From Octopus vulgaris (Eukaryota), in the NCBI GenBank assembly GCA_951406725.2, contig OX597823.1, forward strand, positions 12,524,001 through 12,588,000: a stretch of DNA of 64,000 bases, read 5' to 3'. Position numbers and translations under genes: made by a program. Below are positions 24,085 through 38,640 of the stretch, piece by piece. How positions within the stretch are numbered: the first letter of the stretch is position 1; each line of letters begins with the position of its first letter. Under the pieces are notes generated by a model, which saw only the letters and a program-made list of their open reading frames with translations, was not told where the DNA came from and made no database searches.

Positions 24085-26330
24085 CAAGAAATTATCGCAT
24101 GCAGGAGAGCCGCAGACATAATAATCAAGGTACCTACTCCTAATGATTCCATGAAATTACTTTTATTCATATTTTACGTGAAATCCACTTCTTCAGACGC
24201 ATTCTTCCGATACGACAATGCTTTTCAAGAAGAAACTTGCATTCAAAATATTCCGTATTATTGTTTTTAAGTAAGCACTGAGTAAAAGTAATATTAAAGG
24301 GAGTGCAGTTGTCTTAATGGGTACTCTATATTATACAACTCTAGTACTAGCAATATTAGAAGACACAACATGTTATGAAAAGGTGCAATACTACTGTCTT
24401 CAGAAAATAATGATAAACCTAAAAACTATGTTAAACCTATACAGAGAAGGTCTCACCGACAAGGAATACGATTATGTGACTAACTTCAAAAGTAAATCCG
24501 TTCGATTCTACCGTATTTCTAAGATGTGGAGGCGCAATAGCCCAGTGGTTAGGGCAGCGGACTCGCGGTCATAGGATCGCGGTTTAGATTCCCAGACCGG
24601 GCGTTGTGAGTGTTTATTGAGCGAAAACACCTAAAAGCTCCACGAGCCTCCGGCAGGGGATCGTGGTGATCCCTGCTGTACTCTTTCGCCACAACTTTCT
24701 CTCACTCTTACTTCCTGTTTCTGTTGTACCTGTATTTCAAAGGGTCGGCCTTGTCACTCTCTGTGTCACGCTGAATATCCCCGAGAACTACGTTAAGCGT
24801 ACACGTGTCTGCGGAGTGCTCAGCCACTTACACGTTAATTTCACGAGCAGGCTGTTCCGTTGATTCGGATCAACCGGAACCCTCGTCGTCGTAACCGACG
24901 GAGTGCTTCCAATTTCTAAGATACACAAAAGCAAGGAAATAACGCATGAAGGAGGGCCGCAGATATGATAATCAACGTACCTATTCCTAATGGCTTCAAA
25001 TTAAGACCAATAATAGCAGGTCCCGCATGCGAAACCCACCGACTCAGTTACTTTTTAGATACCTTCTTAAAACCATTCCTCAAGCAGATCAAAAGCTACA
25101 CAAGGGACGACATAGATATGCTCAATCACCTCCCTACAACAATAGATCAAAACACCCTACTAGTATACTTCAATTTAATCAACCTCTGTTCTAATATCTT
25201 CCACTGCCTAGGAATAGAGGCAATCCAATTCTGGCAAGAGAATCACTCCAATGAAATTCCACAGTGCATCAAAACAGAATTCGTATTAGAAGGGCTCAAA
25301 TTCATCTTAGAGATTCACTTCTTCGTCTTCAAAGACAACTTCTATCGACAAAAATCGGGGACTGCAATGAGCAAGAGAATGGTGCCCCCCCCCTCATTGG
25401 CTAACCTAGTGGTGGGATATCTAGAAATCATTCTTTATCGTAAGGTACTAGAAAATACGGCAACCCATTCTCGCTCTACATTGAAAATAACTGGAAGAGG
25501 TACCTGCGTGTCTGCTTCGTTCTTTGGCATGAAAATATAGAGAAACTTAAAGAATTCAAAGCACGTATAAATGAACTTGACATAAACATTCAATTTACGA
25601 TGGTATTTAGGCATCAACAACTTCCATTCCTCGACATCCTCATTAAGAAAACCAAAAACACAATAGAATCCAAGCAACATCTACCGTTCAACTCATACCA
25701 CCCCAGACACACTAGAATGAATAACTCCTTCAACCTGGCAAAAAGGATTTGTACTGTAGTTTCTAATATAAACACTAGGGACACACGACTACACGAACTA
25801 AAGGATACACTTCTCACCAGGAACTACCCACAATCACTAATTGATATAGTCTTTCAACGTGCCCTAGAACTCAACATCCACGAATTCAGACATCCAATAC
25901 TAAAGAAGGATTTACAACCAAAAGCCTTACCATACATCTCTGCAAACAACATCCTTAACAATGAAGCCTTCGTCACCATCCTCCAGAACATTCTTCTACT
26001 AAAAAGGGACCTCAGAATTAATTTAATCCTCCAAATGCACACCATCATAAAGAGAAAAAGACAGCCTAAATCTATGAAAAGTCTCCTACCACCGGTCCAA
26101 ATACACTCGACAACACTGAAGCCGTCAGGAAAAATAAATGTGCAAGACCTAACTGTGGTATATACGTCAACCTAATTGAGACATCGGAGTTCTCCTTGAA
26201 ACAAGGTGAACGTTTTACAGTGAAAAACAACTTCCCATGTGCTTCGGAAACCCTAATATATGTATTAATTTCCTCAGGGTTTCGGGAGCAATACATAGGC
26301 CAAACCAAAATTAGCAAAGAGTCATATTTT
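24085..26330 (+). mobile_element. Degenerate Penelope-like retroelement (RT + GIY-YIG)
   Basis: KLRPIIAGPACETHRLS, FYRQKSGTAM, ANLVVGYLE, LPFLDILIK, YHPRHT, then LIYVL...YIGQT (GIY-YIG-like). Frameshifted. Confidence 0.9.
24526..24911 (+). mobile_element. Full-length SINE (head 1 + tail X) nested in the Penelope ORF
   Basis: TSD ATTTCTAAGAT at 24515-24525 and 24912-24922; A/B-box head. Confidence 0.9.
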
Positions 26331-27266
26331 ATCGCAAAATATAATTTTGAATGCTTCCACCACAAATGACAACTACAAGAGCCTTAGAATGATACCCACG
26401 CATACATTAAAAACAATATATTTAGAACAGTCACTGCCCATGAATTTATTCAGAACAATTCCAATCACTACAGCTATAAAATCACAACAGTTCACTTTTA
26501 GGTCACTTGACCATTTAAGAAGACTCCACCAACAACTTATAACTGAATATACCACTTCTGTCTTTTTCATTCTTTCTTTCTTTCTTTTTTTCTTTCTTTC
26601 TTCTTCTTTTTCTTCTTCTTCTTCTTCGCCGTCTCCTTCCTCGGCTACTGCTGCTTAAACAATCAAAACCAAGAACCCACACCCCTCATATTAAGTATTT
26701 CTTCAGATCTACGACTACTTACCTACCGAGCCTTCACAAAAGTAAAAGAGAGAGAGAGATAGAAAGAAAACGTCTCTTGCATTGGGAAACCATGGAAATA
26801 TTCTAAAATAACATTTAATTTAATTTTTCCACAATTTAATTGTTTTTCATGAAAATGTCGCAAATTTGGAACCGGTACTAAAATGTTCCTCATTATAAAA
26901 TTAATTTAGCATTTCTACCTTGTCCTACATATCAACTCATGTATTACTTTTCAACATTCTACACAAACACACACTCATACACACCATTTAATGTACACTG
27001 TGTAAAGATAAGGGCTACTTACAGTTTCCTGTTGTGAAGGCACGTGGCTAGTTAGACTTTTATAACGTTCTCCAAGCCATCCTGTTTTTATGAATTAACT
27101 GCGGTTGAGAAGCGTAAAAAAGGAGGAAGGCAAATTTCAACTTTAAAATTATTCATAGGTAACTGAAGGAAAAATTTCTGAAATGTATGCTATATTATTT
27201 CCTTTCGTTATCATTATTGGTTCTAAAACCCCGGATTCGCACATAGCATCTATATATTTCACTCAC

Positions 27267-27332
27267 CCAGAACAAAAACCTAGATCTCGTTCCTCGCTCA
27301 CATTTTTCCCTGCTGCCGTTAAATTACAGATG
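27267..27332 (-). CDS. Candidate 66-nt coding exon, (C)ICNLTAAGKNVSEERDLGFCSG
   Basis: TTCATCTTCAG acceptor, GTGAGT donor (read-through gives G-stop), phase 2-2 compatible with 27839-27898. No homology recognised. Confidence 0.3.
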
Positions 27333-27838
27333 CTGAAGATGAACATAAACCATATTGATCTCTCCAGGCTCGGGAAGGCTTGTATTGGTTATATGGAAAG
27401 CTCTTACGGCAGATTAAGCCATTAAAAAAGCGTACGGCTATATGCTAGATTGCATATTGGTTTTATGCTACTAGAATCATCTAAAGTGCTCCTCCGATAG
27501 ATAAACTACTTCAAGTTTTATATATTCTTTATTTTACCCTTCATCGCGGTATATATTTAAAATATTCTGAATTACGACGACAGACTATTTTAGTTCTGCT
27601 TCTATGCAATCTCACGAGATTAAGTAATTTATAAGACATTCCCTATAGCTATCGTTACCATTATTTATTTGTAACCGTTCTAGCAAGTTTACCAGAATTA
27701 CATTGTTTAACTACATGTGGGAATACAACAGATGCACAAACTATTAAGGAAAGGAAATTATAAAGCGAAAGCAGTTGCCGCATTCATCTGTGTTGCAAAT
27801 AATAGGACGTTAGATCATACGATTTCAACAGTACTTAC

Positions 27839-27898
27839 CATGATGGCAATTTGAATTCAGCTTTTAACATGCTTGCTTCTCTTTTCTTGCAATCTTTA
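27839..27898 (-). CDS. Candidate 60-nt coding exon, KDCKKREASMLKAEFKLPS
   Basis: TTTATAACAG acceptor, ATG|GTAAGT donor, only one open frame. Confidence 0.3.
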
Positions 27899-28109
27899 CT
27901 GTTATAAATGATAATGTTAAACAATATTGTTATCACTGTAACATTTTTTATATATTTAGCATATGGTGTATAATTTTGAAAACTCTTACATAATATAATA
28001 ATGTTTTATAAAGAAAACTTTGATCACGTCTCGGGAACACAGGCTATATCCAAACACTATGCAATCGATGTGTATTCAAGGCAAAATAGTTATTTTGTGC
28101 CGATATATT

Positions 28110-29080
28110 AAACTATGTATTGCGAACAAGTGCATGGTATTATTTTAAGAATTAGATCAACCTCTATCCGGATACAATGTAAGTCGAATAGCGCTATAGT
28201 CAAGTATGCCACCTGTGTAGCTGACAAACCGAACTCTAGGTCTAAACAGTTTAACATAATGGAATTTATACTCACCTGTCTCCAAGAATTAACCATTTCT
28301 CTGAAAGACCGAGAGTTTAGTAAACTGTAGATAGATATAACAGCTCGGTAGAGATATTGTATTGAACATTAGAAAATCGTCATTATATTTTTTGATTCCC
28401 TCTGCGTGAGAAAAAATGGTGAATGATTTTTCGACATATCCATGGAAAGCTTTGCTGACGCTGCGGGCCTGTATAATCTAGACAAACTAAATACCGAGGA
28501 GGTAGATAAAATAGTACAGCATTACATACGGACGAAGGACTAGGAATAATACTTCAGAGAAACGGCGACGATACGGACAAAGCTAGAGGTCATGATGAAT
28601 ACGAATCGAAAATCACTCGAATACTTAGATATCACTTTCAAATTAAATACCGACAACCACTGATTCATAAATAGGAAGAAATAGTTGCCTGCTTATAGAA
28701 AGCTGTAACCACTCACACTCGATTACCAAGCTTATCTGTAGCAATCTATTAGACGCATCTCTGAATATTATGATATATTTATCAAGGCTGTCTCATGTTA
28801 CAATAATGTGCTAGGAGGATACGGTTTGAAAGAAAAGTAATTATATGGTACCAACGTGCAATACACATTAGCAGAAGTTGATGTATAAAGCTCACGAGGG
28901 TTAATCTACTGTTCTGATTGGATGAGGTTACTAATATAGCTGTACATTTCTTACGTCTGATAGACATATAAATACGACATCTAATGGAAATATCTGAAAG
29001 TTAATTACAGTTGCTTGGGAAACAGGATTATAGATATTTAGACAAAACAAGGGAGTTAGATCAACGATAACTCGCTAAAG
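28110..29080 (+). mobile_element. Highly degenerate Penelope RT of a second lineage
   Basis: Echoes of QFDIVEFYPSIS (QFNIMEF), IRKS.L, FDISMESF (FDVTMGSF), GLY.LDKL, RTKD/DEGL and SLEYLDITF.L. Confidence 0.6.
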
Positions 29081-29090
29081 CATATAATAA

Positions 29091-31700
29091 CACTGGTCAA
29101 CACGATTTTTGGTACCAAGAAACAAAACACGTTTTTTTTAGCTAATTTGATGGTGCTGATTCCGAAAATGACCTTAGTTTTTCATGATTAGCTACCGTTT
29201 TTACTGTACTGAAATTGCTCATTTTTGGAAAAAAGATAAATTTACGATCTTAGCTGATCGCAAAATTTAGTTAAAAAATGTATTAGAAACCCATGAATTT
29301 TCAGGTAGGCTGAGCAATTTATATCAGCCACCTGAAATAAACTAATTTACTGCCAAAATTGAAATTAACTGATTAACTTTATCAGCAATATACTTTAGTA
29401 AAGTTGATTATTAAGGTGACATAAAAAAAATGAAACCATAAAATCTTCTGTTTGATATTCATAAATTTATCCCATCACTTTTTATCCCTTCAATGCGGAA
29501 GGAAACCAAGCACATTAAGAGCTTTTGTTTTCACTGTTGGAAAGAAACTCCATCTCAAGACAACCTAATTGAATGCACCTATTCCATTGTACAGGTTGAA
29601 CATCATTAAAATGTTTTCACTATAACATCTGCCCTCCACGCGGGATTACGAAGATATAGAGTAGAATCAGCGTAACGACTCTTTCCGTCTTTTGTTATTG
29701 ACAGTTTTACGAGTCTTTCCGTAGGACATTAGGAAAGATCAAATTACCCAAATGTGAACACGCAAAGTGTAATGTAAATGCTCAAGCAACTCATGTTCTT
29801 TTTTAATCATAGAGATAGATATCAAATGACATGGCTTCGACGAGAGAATGCAAAAATGATTCCAACTTATTTTGCTATAAATGCGGCAAGTTCACACCGA
29901 AGGCCAACAGGAAGCTGATATCTGACTTTTACAAGAAAGTCTATCGTGCTTACTTTCGCGTCGAGCTTGGTGATCAGGACAAATTATGGTCTCCTCACAT
30001 TGTTTGCAAGACATGTTTGGAACACATGAGACAGTGGACTTTAGGTACCCGAAAATTGCTGAGATTCGCTATTCCTATGATCTGGCGTGAGCCAAAGAAC
30101 TACTCTGATGAATATTACTTCTGATCAGTCAGTGTTGCGGGGCTGAACCGAAAGAAACGAAGATCTACCGACTATCCCTGTCTTAATTCCGTTATTCGAC
30201 CACTGCTGTATTCAGATGATTTGCCAGTCCCTCTTTTTCACGAAAATTTGTTGAAACTTGTTGAAAGTGATGAGTCTGGTACTTAAGTAAATGAGAGACA
30301 CAGCGAAAATGGCCCTGACTATGTCCCCGAAACCGTGCCAGAGCCGTTTAACCAAACTGAGCTGAATGATTTGGTTCGGGACTTAAATCTAAGCAAAGAA
30401 TCAGCAGAACTTTGGGCCTGTAGGCTCAACGAAAAACACCTATTAGCAAAAGGCACAAAGATAACATTCTGTTGAAATACAGATGAATTTGTGCCATTCT
30501 TTTATGAAAACAGGGATCTTGTTCATTGCAATGACGTTGAGAGCGTTCTTCTTCGACTAGGCGTTCACAAATACGATCTTGATGAATGGAGCTTGATTAT
30601 TAATAGCTCAAAACGTAGTTTGAAATGTGTTTTGCTCCATAATACTAACATGTATGAGCCAATACCTATAGGTCATTCAACAACACTGAAAGAAAAGCAT
30701 GATATCATCAAACATATTATAGAACAGATTGACTACACCAAACATAAATGAGTGTTATGTGTCGATTTGAAAATGGCAAATTTCCTGCTTGGTCAACAAA
30801 GTGGCTACACAAAATTCCCAAGTTTTTTGTGTACGTGGGACAGTAGAGCAAAAGAGGAGAAATGGAAAAGGAAAAACAATGGCAACCCCGAGAGTTGAAT
30901 GCCAGTGAAAAAACTGTTATTAGAGCAGCGCTAGTTCCGAAAGAAACACAATCATCTTCCCTCCCTTGCATATTAAATTGGGATTAATGAAACCGTATGT
31001 AAAATCACTCGACAAAGAAAGTAAATGTTTTGAGTATATACTTAAATCCTTTCCAGGACTTAGCAGCGAAAAACTGAAAACAGGATGGTCCTGATATCAG
31101 GAAACTTATTAAGGATGATGAATTTGTTAATTCAATGAATGACTCGGAATTGCGCTCGTGGACATCGTTTGTTGACAGGGTGAAACACTTCTTAGGCAAT
31201 CACCGGGCCGAAAACTACAAGGTGTTCGTGGAAAGGCTGTTGAAAAGTCTTCAGAACATTGGCGCTAGTATGAGTATTAAGGTTCATTTTTTACATAGCC
31301 ATCTTGATAAATTTCCGGATAATTGCAGCGATGTGAGTGATGAGCAAGGAGAATGATTCCATCAGGATATCAAAATAATGGAAGAGCTCTACCAGGGACG
31401 GTGGGACAAACGAATGATCACTGACTACTGCTGGAATATCAAAAGGGACTTAAATAGCATTGAGCATGACAGACAATCAAGAAAGAGAAAATGTTTTTAT
31501 CATATTTCTTATGTTCCCGAAGGTTTTATTTCTGCTGTTAGTTTATTTAATGATTTTATGAAAATACTTGTTGAAAGAGAGGGAAGGCATAAAAGAGACA
31601 GAACCTAATGGAAACAGATAGAGAGGGGGAGATTTGTCAATCAAAATATTGAGTTATTTCATGTAGAAAATTATATTTTTCAATTAATATATGTGTATAT
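29091..31700 (+). mobile_element. Chapaev3-type (CMC superfamily) DNA transposon, degenerate
   Basis: Left end TAA|CACTGG. Transposase from ATG 29831: FCYKCG, LGDQDKLWSPHIVCKTC, WREPKN, SSKRSLKCVLLHN, PPLHIKLGLMK, KVHFLHSHLDKFP, SDEQGE.FHQDI, YQGRW..MITDYCW. Right TIR not found. Confidence 0.85.
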
Positions 31701-31702
31701 AT

Positions 31703-32160
31703 ATGCTAGTTCTAAAATTTTCTTAAGAGATCAACGGAGTAGTTGTAGTGACAAGTAATATTCGTAGCCACTTTAACATGTTTGTTCCTGCGAAAGGACT
31801 CTACTACGATATTTCTAACCCCAAGAGGACATCTCCTCTACCTGGCTAACGATGCATTCGATAAATTGCTAGTAGGGGAGCGAACACCTACAACCTTCTG
31901 GCGATGGGACTAGCAGACCAGTTCTGGTTTCGGGGTATTTCTGCCACTCTTCCGTACCAGACACTTCGTCTGCTAGAGATGGAAGTAGTTCACTTCTGCT
32001 TATAATATATATATATTTCGCTAATTTCGCAACAAGCAACAAGCAAAAATGCTAGTTCCAAAATCTCCTTAGGAGATTAACGGAGTAGTTGTAGTGACGA
32101 GTAATATACGTAGACGCGTTAACATGGCTGTCCATTCGAACGGATACTACTGCGATATAT
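31703..32160 (-). mobile_element. 346-nt partial tandem repeat with a degenerate hammerhead (retrozyme/pLTR-like)
   Basis: ATGCTAGTT...ACTACTGCGATAT unit recurs at 31703 and 32049. Minus 31910-31960 reads CUGGUA-C[G]GAAGA-GUGG..CCCC-GAAA-CCAGAACUGG-UC-UGCUAG. Confidence 0.65.
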
Positions 32161-32661
32161 ATATAGTTCAATGAACGCTGTATTAAGAAGCGGGAAATTA
32201 ATTGTTTCATGCATTGGAGATGCCCAAGTGCATTACTTACAATAGAGACCATGTTTATTCCTGTATTCTGTAATCTCTGAATCACTCTAACTATGTCTTG
32301 ATATTTCAGAGTTTTGATTATTCCTGTTTTTATCTAAGAATTTTTTAGCATGCATCTTAACATATAGTCAACATTTCTAATATACCTCTTACGTTATGTC
32401 CACATTTCTAAGATACGCCTTAGCGTATATTTATATAAGCTTTCTTTAAAATTTCCTTAAGGCATGCCCATGTATCATTAACAAGTTACGTCAAGGATTG
32501 TATTGCAAATTATGAAGTCTCTGTTGCTGGGTACATCTAGTTTATTTGCATTGTTGATCTTTGCATAGACAAGTAGGTTTAATTTTTCTGGTAGTGTATG
32601 CGATATTTTTCATATTCTTTCTCTTTTCGTCTATGTGCATGCATATATATATATATATATA

Positions 32662-32704
<43 letters not shown>

Positions 32705-32726
32705 CGAGAGAGAGAGAGAGAGAGAG

Positions 32727-32814
<88 letters not shown>

Positions 32815-32904
32815 GTGCGTATGCGTTTCTGTATGTATGTGTGTATGAATGTGTGTGTATCTATATATATGCATTTATCTGTCTGTCTACCTGTCTATCT
32901 ATCT

Positions 32905-33888
32905 GGGAGGTACGACGACGATCTTGGGGCAAACCTGGGCGTCGACGAGGAATACCTGACCCGCCTGTTTCAAACGACTTTTGGCCCGGGACCTATGGAC
33001 AACTTCCAGAGATCCCAGGCCTGGCGGTGCTAACGAGAAGCGCTACCCGTTCGGGATAAGCTCTATAGGTATGGCTCGAGAAACACGGGGCCGACCTGCC
33101 CGAGATGCGGGCAGAGCGACGAAACCGCTCTGCACGCAATCGTGCAGTGTCCAACAATCTCCGACCTGTGGGCTTATGTCGAATGACTGCTGTCACGTGT
33201 GGGACGTGTCGGTTTATCAGCCGAGTCTATCGTTAATATCGTCACGCCTCCTTCCTTCAAACGGGAAGGAAGAGCTATTTTTATCGTACTTGTGGCTATG
33301 GCGAAAGAATGTATCTGGTGGACGCGCCTGAAAGGATTAGAGACAAACACTTTCCTCTCTGGTCAATCTCTCATCAACTTCTTCAAGTATCACTTGAAGA
33401 GGAAAGTGAGAGTAGAGAGGCAAGTTTTGTCTAGTGAATGTTTTAAAAAAAGATGGGTGAATGTAGCAAGGATGGCACGTTTGAATGACGAAGCCACCTT
33501 GACTATGATTCTATGAACCGTAAAAATTAATACAGAGAGTTGCTTATTTGCAGCCAAAAATAAAGAAATATAACATGTGACTTTATTGACCGAGGTTACC
33601 GTGGTCTTTTCCGTAGGCTTTTCTTTCCACGGGTAAACCTCACCTGTCCTCCCCTTTACACTTCATATTGACATTTCTGTGATAACGATCCTTATTGATC
33701 AATTATTTTTCCTCCCCCCCCCGTTTTAAACAAAAGATTTATCCACCCCCTTTTTTGTCCTCTTTCTTTCCTTTTACGATCCCTTTTGATCGAAAAACCA
33801 AACCGCCTTTTTTTACCCCCAAAAGAAAAGCTCTACCTTGTAATTTGTCCCGTCTGTGTGCAGCCCTGTGTGGCTAATAAAGAAACAT
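32905..33888 (+). mobile_element. L1/Tx1-clade LINE, 5'-truncated, with in-frame stops
   Basis: Close copy of 54805-55775. CPRC..DETALHAIVQC zinc knuckle; flanked by TATC repeats. Confidence 0.9.
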
Positions 33889-34825
33889 ATCTATCTATTT
33901 GTTCCATCTATTTATCTGTCTTTTATTTATCTTTGAATTGTCGGAGATATTAGCTGATATCGGTTAAACAGATTGTTGCAGCCCATTTTAAGCATTATGA
34001 TATACCTGCCGTGTGCGCATGCGTATGTGCATGAGTCTGTGCGCATTTATGCTATGTCCGTGACTGTATTCGTTAATACGAATGACTAAATATGACTGCA
34101 CATTGCGACACTATATATATATATATATACGTCTGTATACGGGAGACAAAGCAGTACTTATGTTCACATGTATGCCTATATATGTATATATGTGTGTCTG
34201 ACAGTGTGTGCGTGTGAGTGTGTGTGTGTGTGTCTGTGTGTGAGTGTGTGTGTGGAATCCAATCTCTGATTCTTCATCGATTCACGACGGTTTCCATACA
34301 AATTAACATTCACTAGAGACGTGTAAGTGTTTTGCTGTACACATGCTGATAAATCAATAAGTTTCTAGCTATATGCATATTTTAGTCTGACATCGACTCT
34401 GATCGATTGTCACTTAAGTTTCTGGTTTGTCCATGCACACACACAGTCACACACACACACACACACACACACAGAAACACATTGAGCTGCGTACATAGAT
34501 ACAGTTGTTTATATACATACACAAACACATATATTCATAGAAATTCATAGAATCGTAAATGCATGCGTATATGTGTAAATATAAGTGGGAACGGTGCAAG
34601 TACGTGTATGCAATCTTTTGGAAGCATCAGCCTTTACTGTATTTTACCATTCAGCTTTTCCATTTTACTGGAGTAGCATATGCGATTTATCTCTGTCTCT
34701 ATCTATCTCTCGCCTCCTATCTCTCTATCTGTGTATTTACACAGAATTATATATACATATACGTACACACACACACACATATATATATATAGCTTATACA
34801 ATCATATGTGTATATAAATAGAGAG

Positions 34826-34868
<43 letters not shown>

Positions 34869-34899
34869 TACACAGACTTTATACATATACACACATATA

Positions 34900-35101
<202 letters not shown>

Positions 35102-35280
35102 TATATATATATTATTTATACTATATATTCTATATTCTACATTAACATTATAAAGAATATAAATAAAACAAAAAACAGACATTGTTGGAATTTCTTATGA
35201 ATAATATATATCCCTCTATACACAATCATACAAACCCTTATATCTATATGTATATATATATATATATATAAATATATATA

Positions 35281-35330
<50 letters not shown>

Positions 35331-35410
35331 TATATATATATATATTATACATACATATGAATACATACATATAAATACATACAGAAATGTAAACACACAT
35401 ATAAATACAT

Positions 35411-35596
35411 TCATCATTGTTCGACCGTGGTCGAGACAATGGAATTTACCATGTTGCGCCAGACTTCACGGTCCATCATAGCATTACGGAGGTCCTGTTG
35501 CTGGATGCCTGTATCCCTGGAGATTACATCAGGGTAGGAGAGTGTGCGCCCTCTGGTGTTGCGAGTAGATGTCTTCCAGAGGAGAAGAGTAGAAAT
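35411..35596 (-). mobile_element. RTE-type LINE 3' fragment
   Basis: Close copy of 2113-2296. Confidence 0.8.
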
Positions 35597-35975
35597 ACAT
35601 ACATAGATGCCATGTATTGATGGTTTGCGTGTGTACATCCATACCATGTAGCATACATTTAGATGTCGTGAATGCGTATGCGTGCAGTTGTGAGTGCTCG
35701 TATGCGATGTGAGCTCGCATTTCTAAGTCACTGTACCTCTGCACGTTTATGAGTATTTATGCATTTGTTAATGTCACTCAGAAAGTATAGTTATATTCAT
35801 AGATTCCTGCTACGGACAAGTATCTATGGATGTACATATGGACATCAAACACCTGTACGACTATTTATATGTGCATGCATAAAGATATATAATCATGCAT
35901 ACTAACAGGCATGAACGCGTGCAGAAATCATTGCATGCATGTTGCCGTTTAATATTTGTTTTATGTGTGAGTGTG

Positions 35976-36013
<38 letters not shown>

Positions 36014-36584
36014 GTGTGTGTGTGTGTGTGTATTTATATATTTCATATAAATGTATGTGCGCATGTGTATATACATGCATACTGCATTCATATACACAAA
36101 GGAGTCTGACTGTTCTTCCTTTCTTTCTCTCACTTCACACATTACAGTTCATGCTTACGTGTATTTGTTACATGTATTTTGTCTGGTGTGTGCATGTGGA
36201 TACATTTTTGTGTTTTGTACGTGCGAATATGTTTGTCTACAAGTATGTATGTATGTATGTATGTATATATATATATATGTATGTATATATGTGTATATAT
36301 ATATGTATGTCTGTCTGTCTGTCTGTCTGTCTGTATGTATGTATGTATGTATGTATGTATGTATGTATGTATGTATGCATGTATGCACTTAAACACCCAA
36401 CGATATGTTTATGTTGGCAGTGGAACGACAAGTGGTTGTGTAGATTGTAAAAGATAGTGAGAGAGGAGTCAGCGAAACAGATAAAATGTCTGAGGGTGTA
36501 CAAATATATTTGGAAAAAGAAAAACAAGCTAACATTCACAATATATGTGTGTTTGTGTGTTTACATATATGTATTTAAATGTAC

Positions 36585-36830
36585 GTGGAGGCGTGTGGTT
36601 TAGTTGTTAGGGTGTCAGCATCACGATCGTAAGTTTGTGGTTTCGATTCCTGGACTGGGCGATGCGTTGTGTTCTTGAGCAAAACACTTCATTTCCCGTT
36701 GCTCCAGTCCACTCAGCTGGCAAAAATGAGTAATGCTGCGATGGACTGGCGTTCCGTCCAGCTGGGGAACACATACGCCATAGAAATCGGGAGACCGGGC
36801 CCATGAACCTGGTTAGGCTTTAAAAGGGCG
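36585..36830 (+). mobile_element. SINE (head 2 + tail Y)
   Basis: GTGGAGGCGTGTGGTTTAG...GTTTCGATTCC...CCACTCAGCTGGCAAAAATGAGT followed by the CTGCGATGGACTGGCG module. Confidence 0.85.
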
Positions 36831-37120
36831 AAAAAATGTATATACACACATACATACACATATACCATACACACATATACACCATGCATACACACACACG
36901 TGTATGTACACACACGCACACATGCACGCGCAGAATTGTCACTATGATATAGATGTACACAAAGTCACACGCATAGTGGAAAACAAGTACACAAACACAC
37001 ACACACACACACACACATATATATGCTCACGTATAGTCAGATCTGTTACCACTTATGTTGTACTTGTTTCAGTCATTGTACTGCGGTCAGGCTGGGGCAC
37101 TACTTTTAGTAGTTTAGTCA

Positions 37121-37525
37121 CTCTCTTTACTCTTTACACTTATACTTGTTTCAGTCATTTGACTGTGGTCATGCTAGAGCACCACTTTTAGTCGAATAAA
37201 ATCGACCCCATGACTTATGCTTTGTAAGCCTAGTACTTATTCTATCGGCTCTTTTTGCCGAACCGCTAAGTGACTGGGACGAAGACACACCAGCATCGGT
37301 TGTCAAGCGATGTTGGGGAGACAAACACAGACACACAAACACAGACACATAAATGCACATATATACAACGGGCTTCTTTCTATTTCCGTCTACTAATTCC
37401 TCTCACAAGGTTTTGGTCGGCCCGAGGCTATAGCAGAAGACACTTGCCCAAGGTGTCACGCTGTAGGACTGAACCCGGGACCATGTGGTTGGGAAGCAAG
37501 CTTCTTACCACACAGCCACTCCTGC
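37121..37525 (-). mobile_element. SINE family A, with fragments at ~37060 and 37700-37895
   Basis: Homology to 762-1205. Confidence 0.85.
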
Positions 37526-38201
37526 CCCATTTTACATACATTTAAAAAAAATATGTGATTTATTCCATCGCAATCTTCTGCCGAACTGTTAAGTTACGAG
37601 GATGTAAAAAAAATGACCAATATCGGTAATACGCACTGATGGAAGTCAAACACGAGCGAGCACGCACACACATACACGCATATATATACACATATACACA
37701 TATACGACGGGCTTCTTTCAGTTTTATATTATAGCCACTCACAAAGCTGTGATGGAAGACAAACAAACGCATGTGCACACATACACAGGCACACACAGAT
37801 ACATACACACACATATACGACAGGTTCCTTAACCACTCACAAGGCTTTAGTTAACCCAGAATACTAGTCGAAGACACATGCCCAAGGTGCCACGTAGATT
37901 AACCGGCACATGCCTGCGTCACATGACTATATATGTGTGTATGTGTCTGTAGACTTGTCATGCACATAAAATCTTTGGGACAGTGTACGACTGTCACATT
38001 TAATTCGTGTTGCGCTGCATGTAATTTTGTTAACCAATCAGTGAACCACAGATCCAGTCGCCGACTGGGTATTAACACACGCGAGAAAGAGCACTTTGTT
38101 GCTCTGTCTGTCCTGCTTTCTCAGCCCATATTTATTATGGGATGTTATTTTTACTCACACAGGGATAAGCACTGATACATATATTAGTATGTTAAATAAT
38201 T

Positions 38202-38384
38202 TACAGTTCTATATTTAAGAGATGAGAAATTATTTACATTATTTACAATTGACGGATATTTGTCCTCATCTTGCTTGTTGTTAACACAACGTTTCGGCTG
38301 ATATACAATCCAACCTTCATCAGGTGTATTGGGGAAATTTTGAACCTGGGTTCTCATTCCTAAGGCATTTTTCGCTGTTGTTGC

Positions 38385-38385
<1 letters not shown>
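38202..38385 (-). mobile_element. Hammerhead-SINE body with intact ribozyme core
   Basis: Minus 38283-38328 reads UACAC-CUGAUGA-A-GGUUG...CAGCC-GAAA-CG-UU-GUGUU. Confidence 0.8.
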
Positions 38386-38483
<98 letters not shown>

Positions 38484-38640
38484 GATTATTATTATCTGTG
38501 GTTCACTGATTGGTTAACAAAATTACATGCAGCGCAACACGAATTAAATGTGACAGTCGTACACTGTCCCGAAGATTTTATGTGCATGACAAGTCTACAG
38601 ACACATACCGATACTATCCAGTCATTACTATCGAGCTTTA

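Noticed and set aside
28276-28300. LILGDS as a GDSL/SGNH hydrolase motif
   Set aside because: It depends on a hypothetical splice, lies antisense in a Penelope remnant, and no other SGNH blocks were found.
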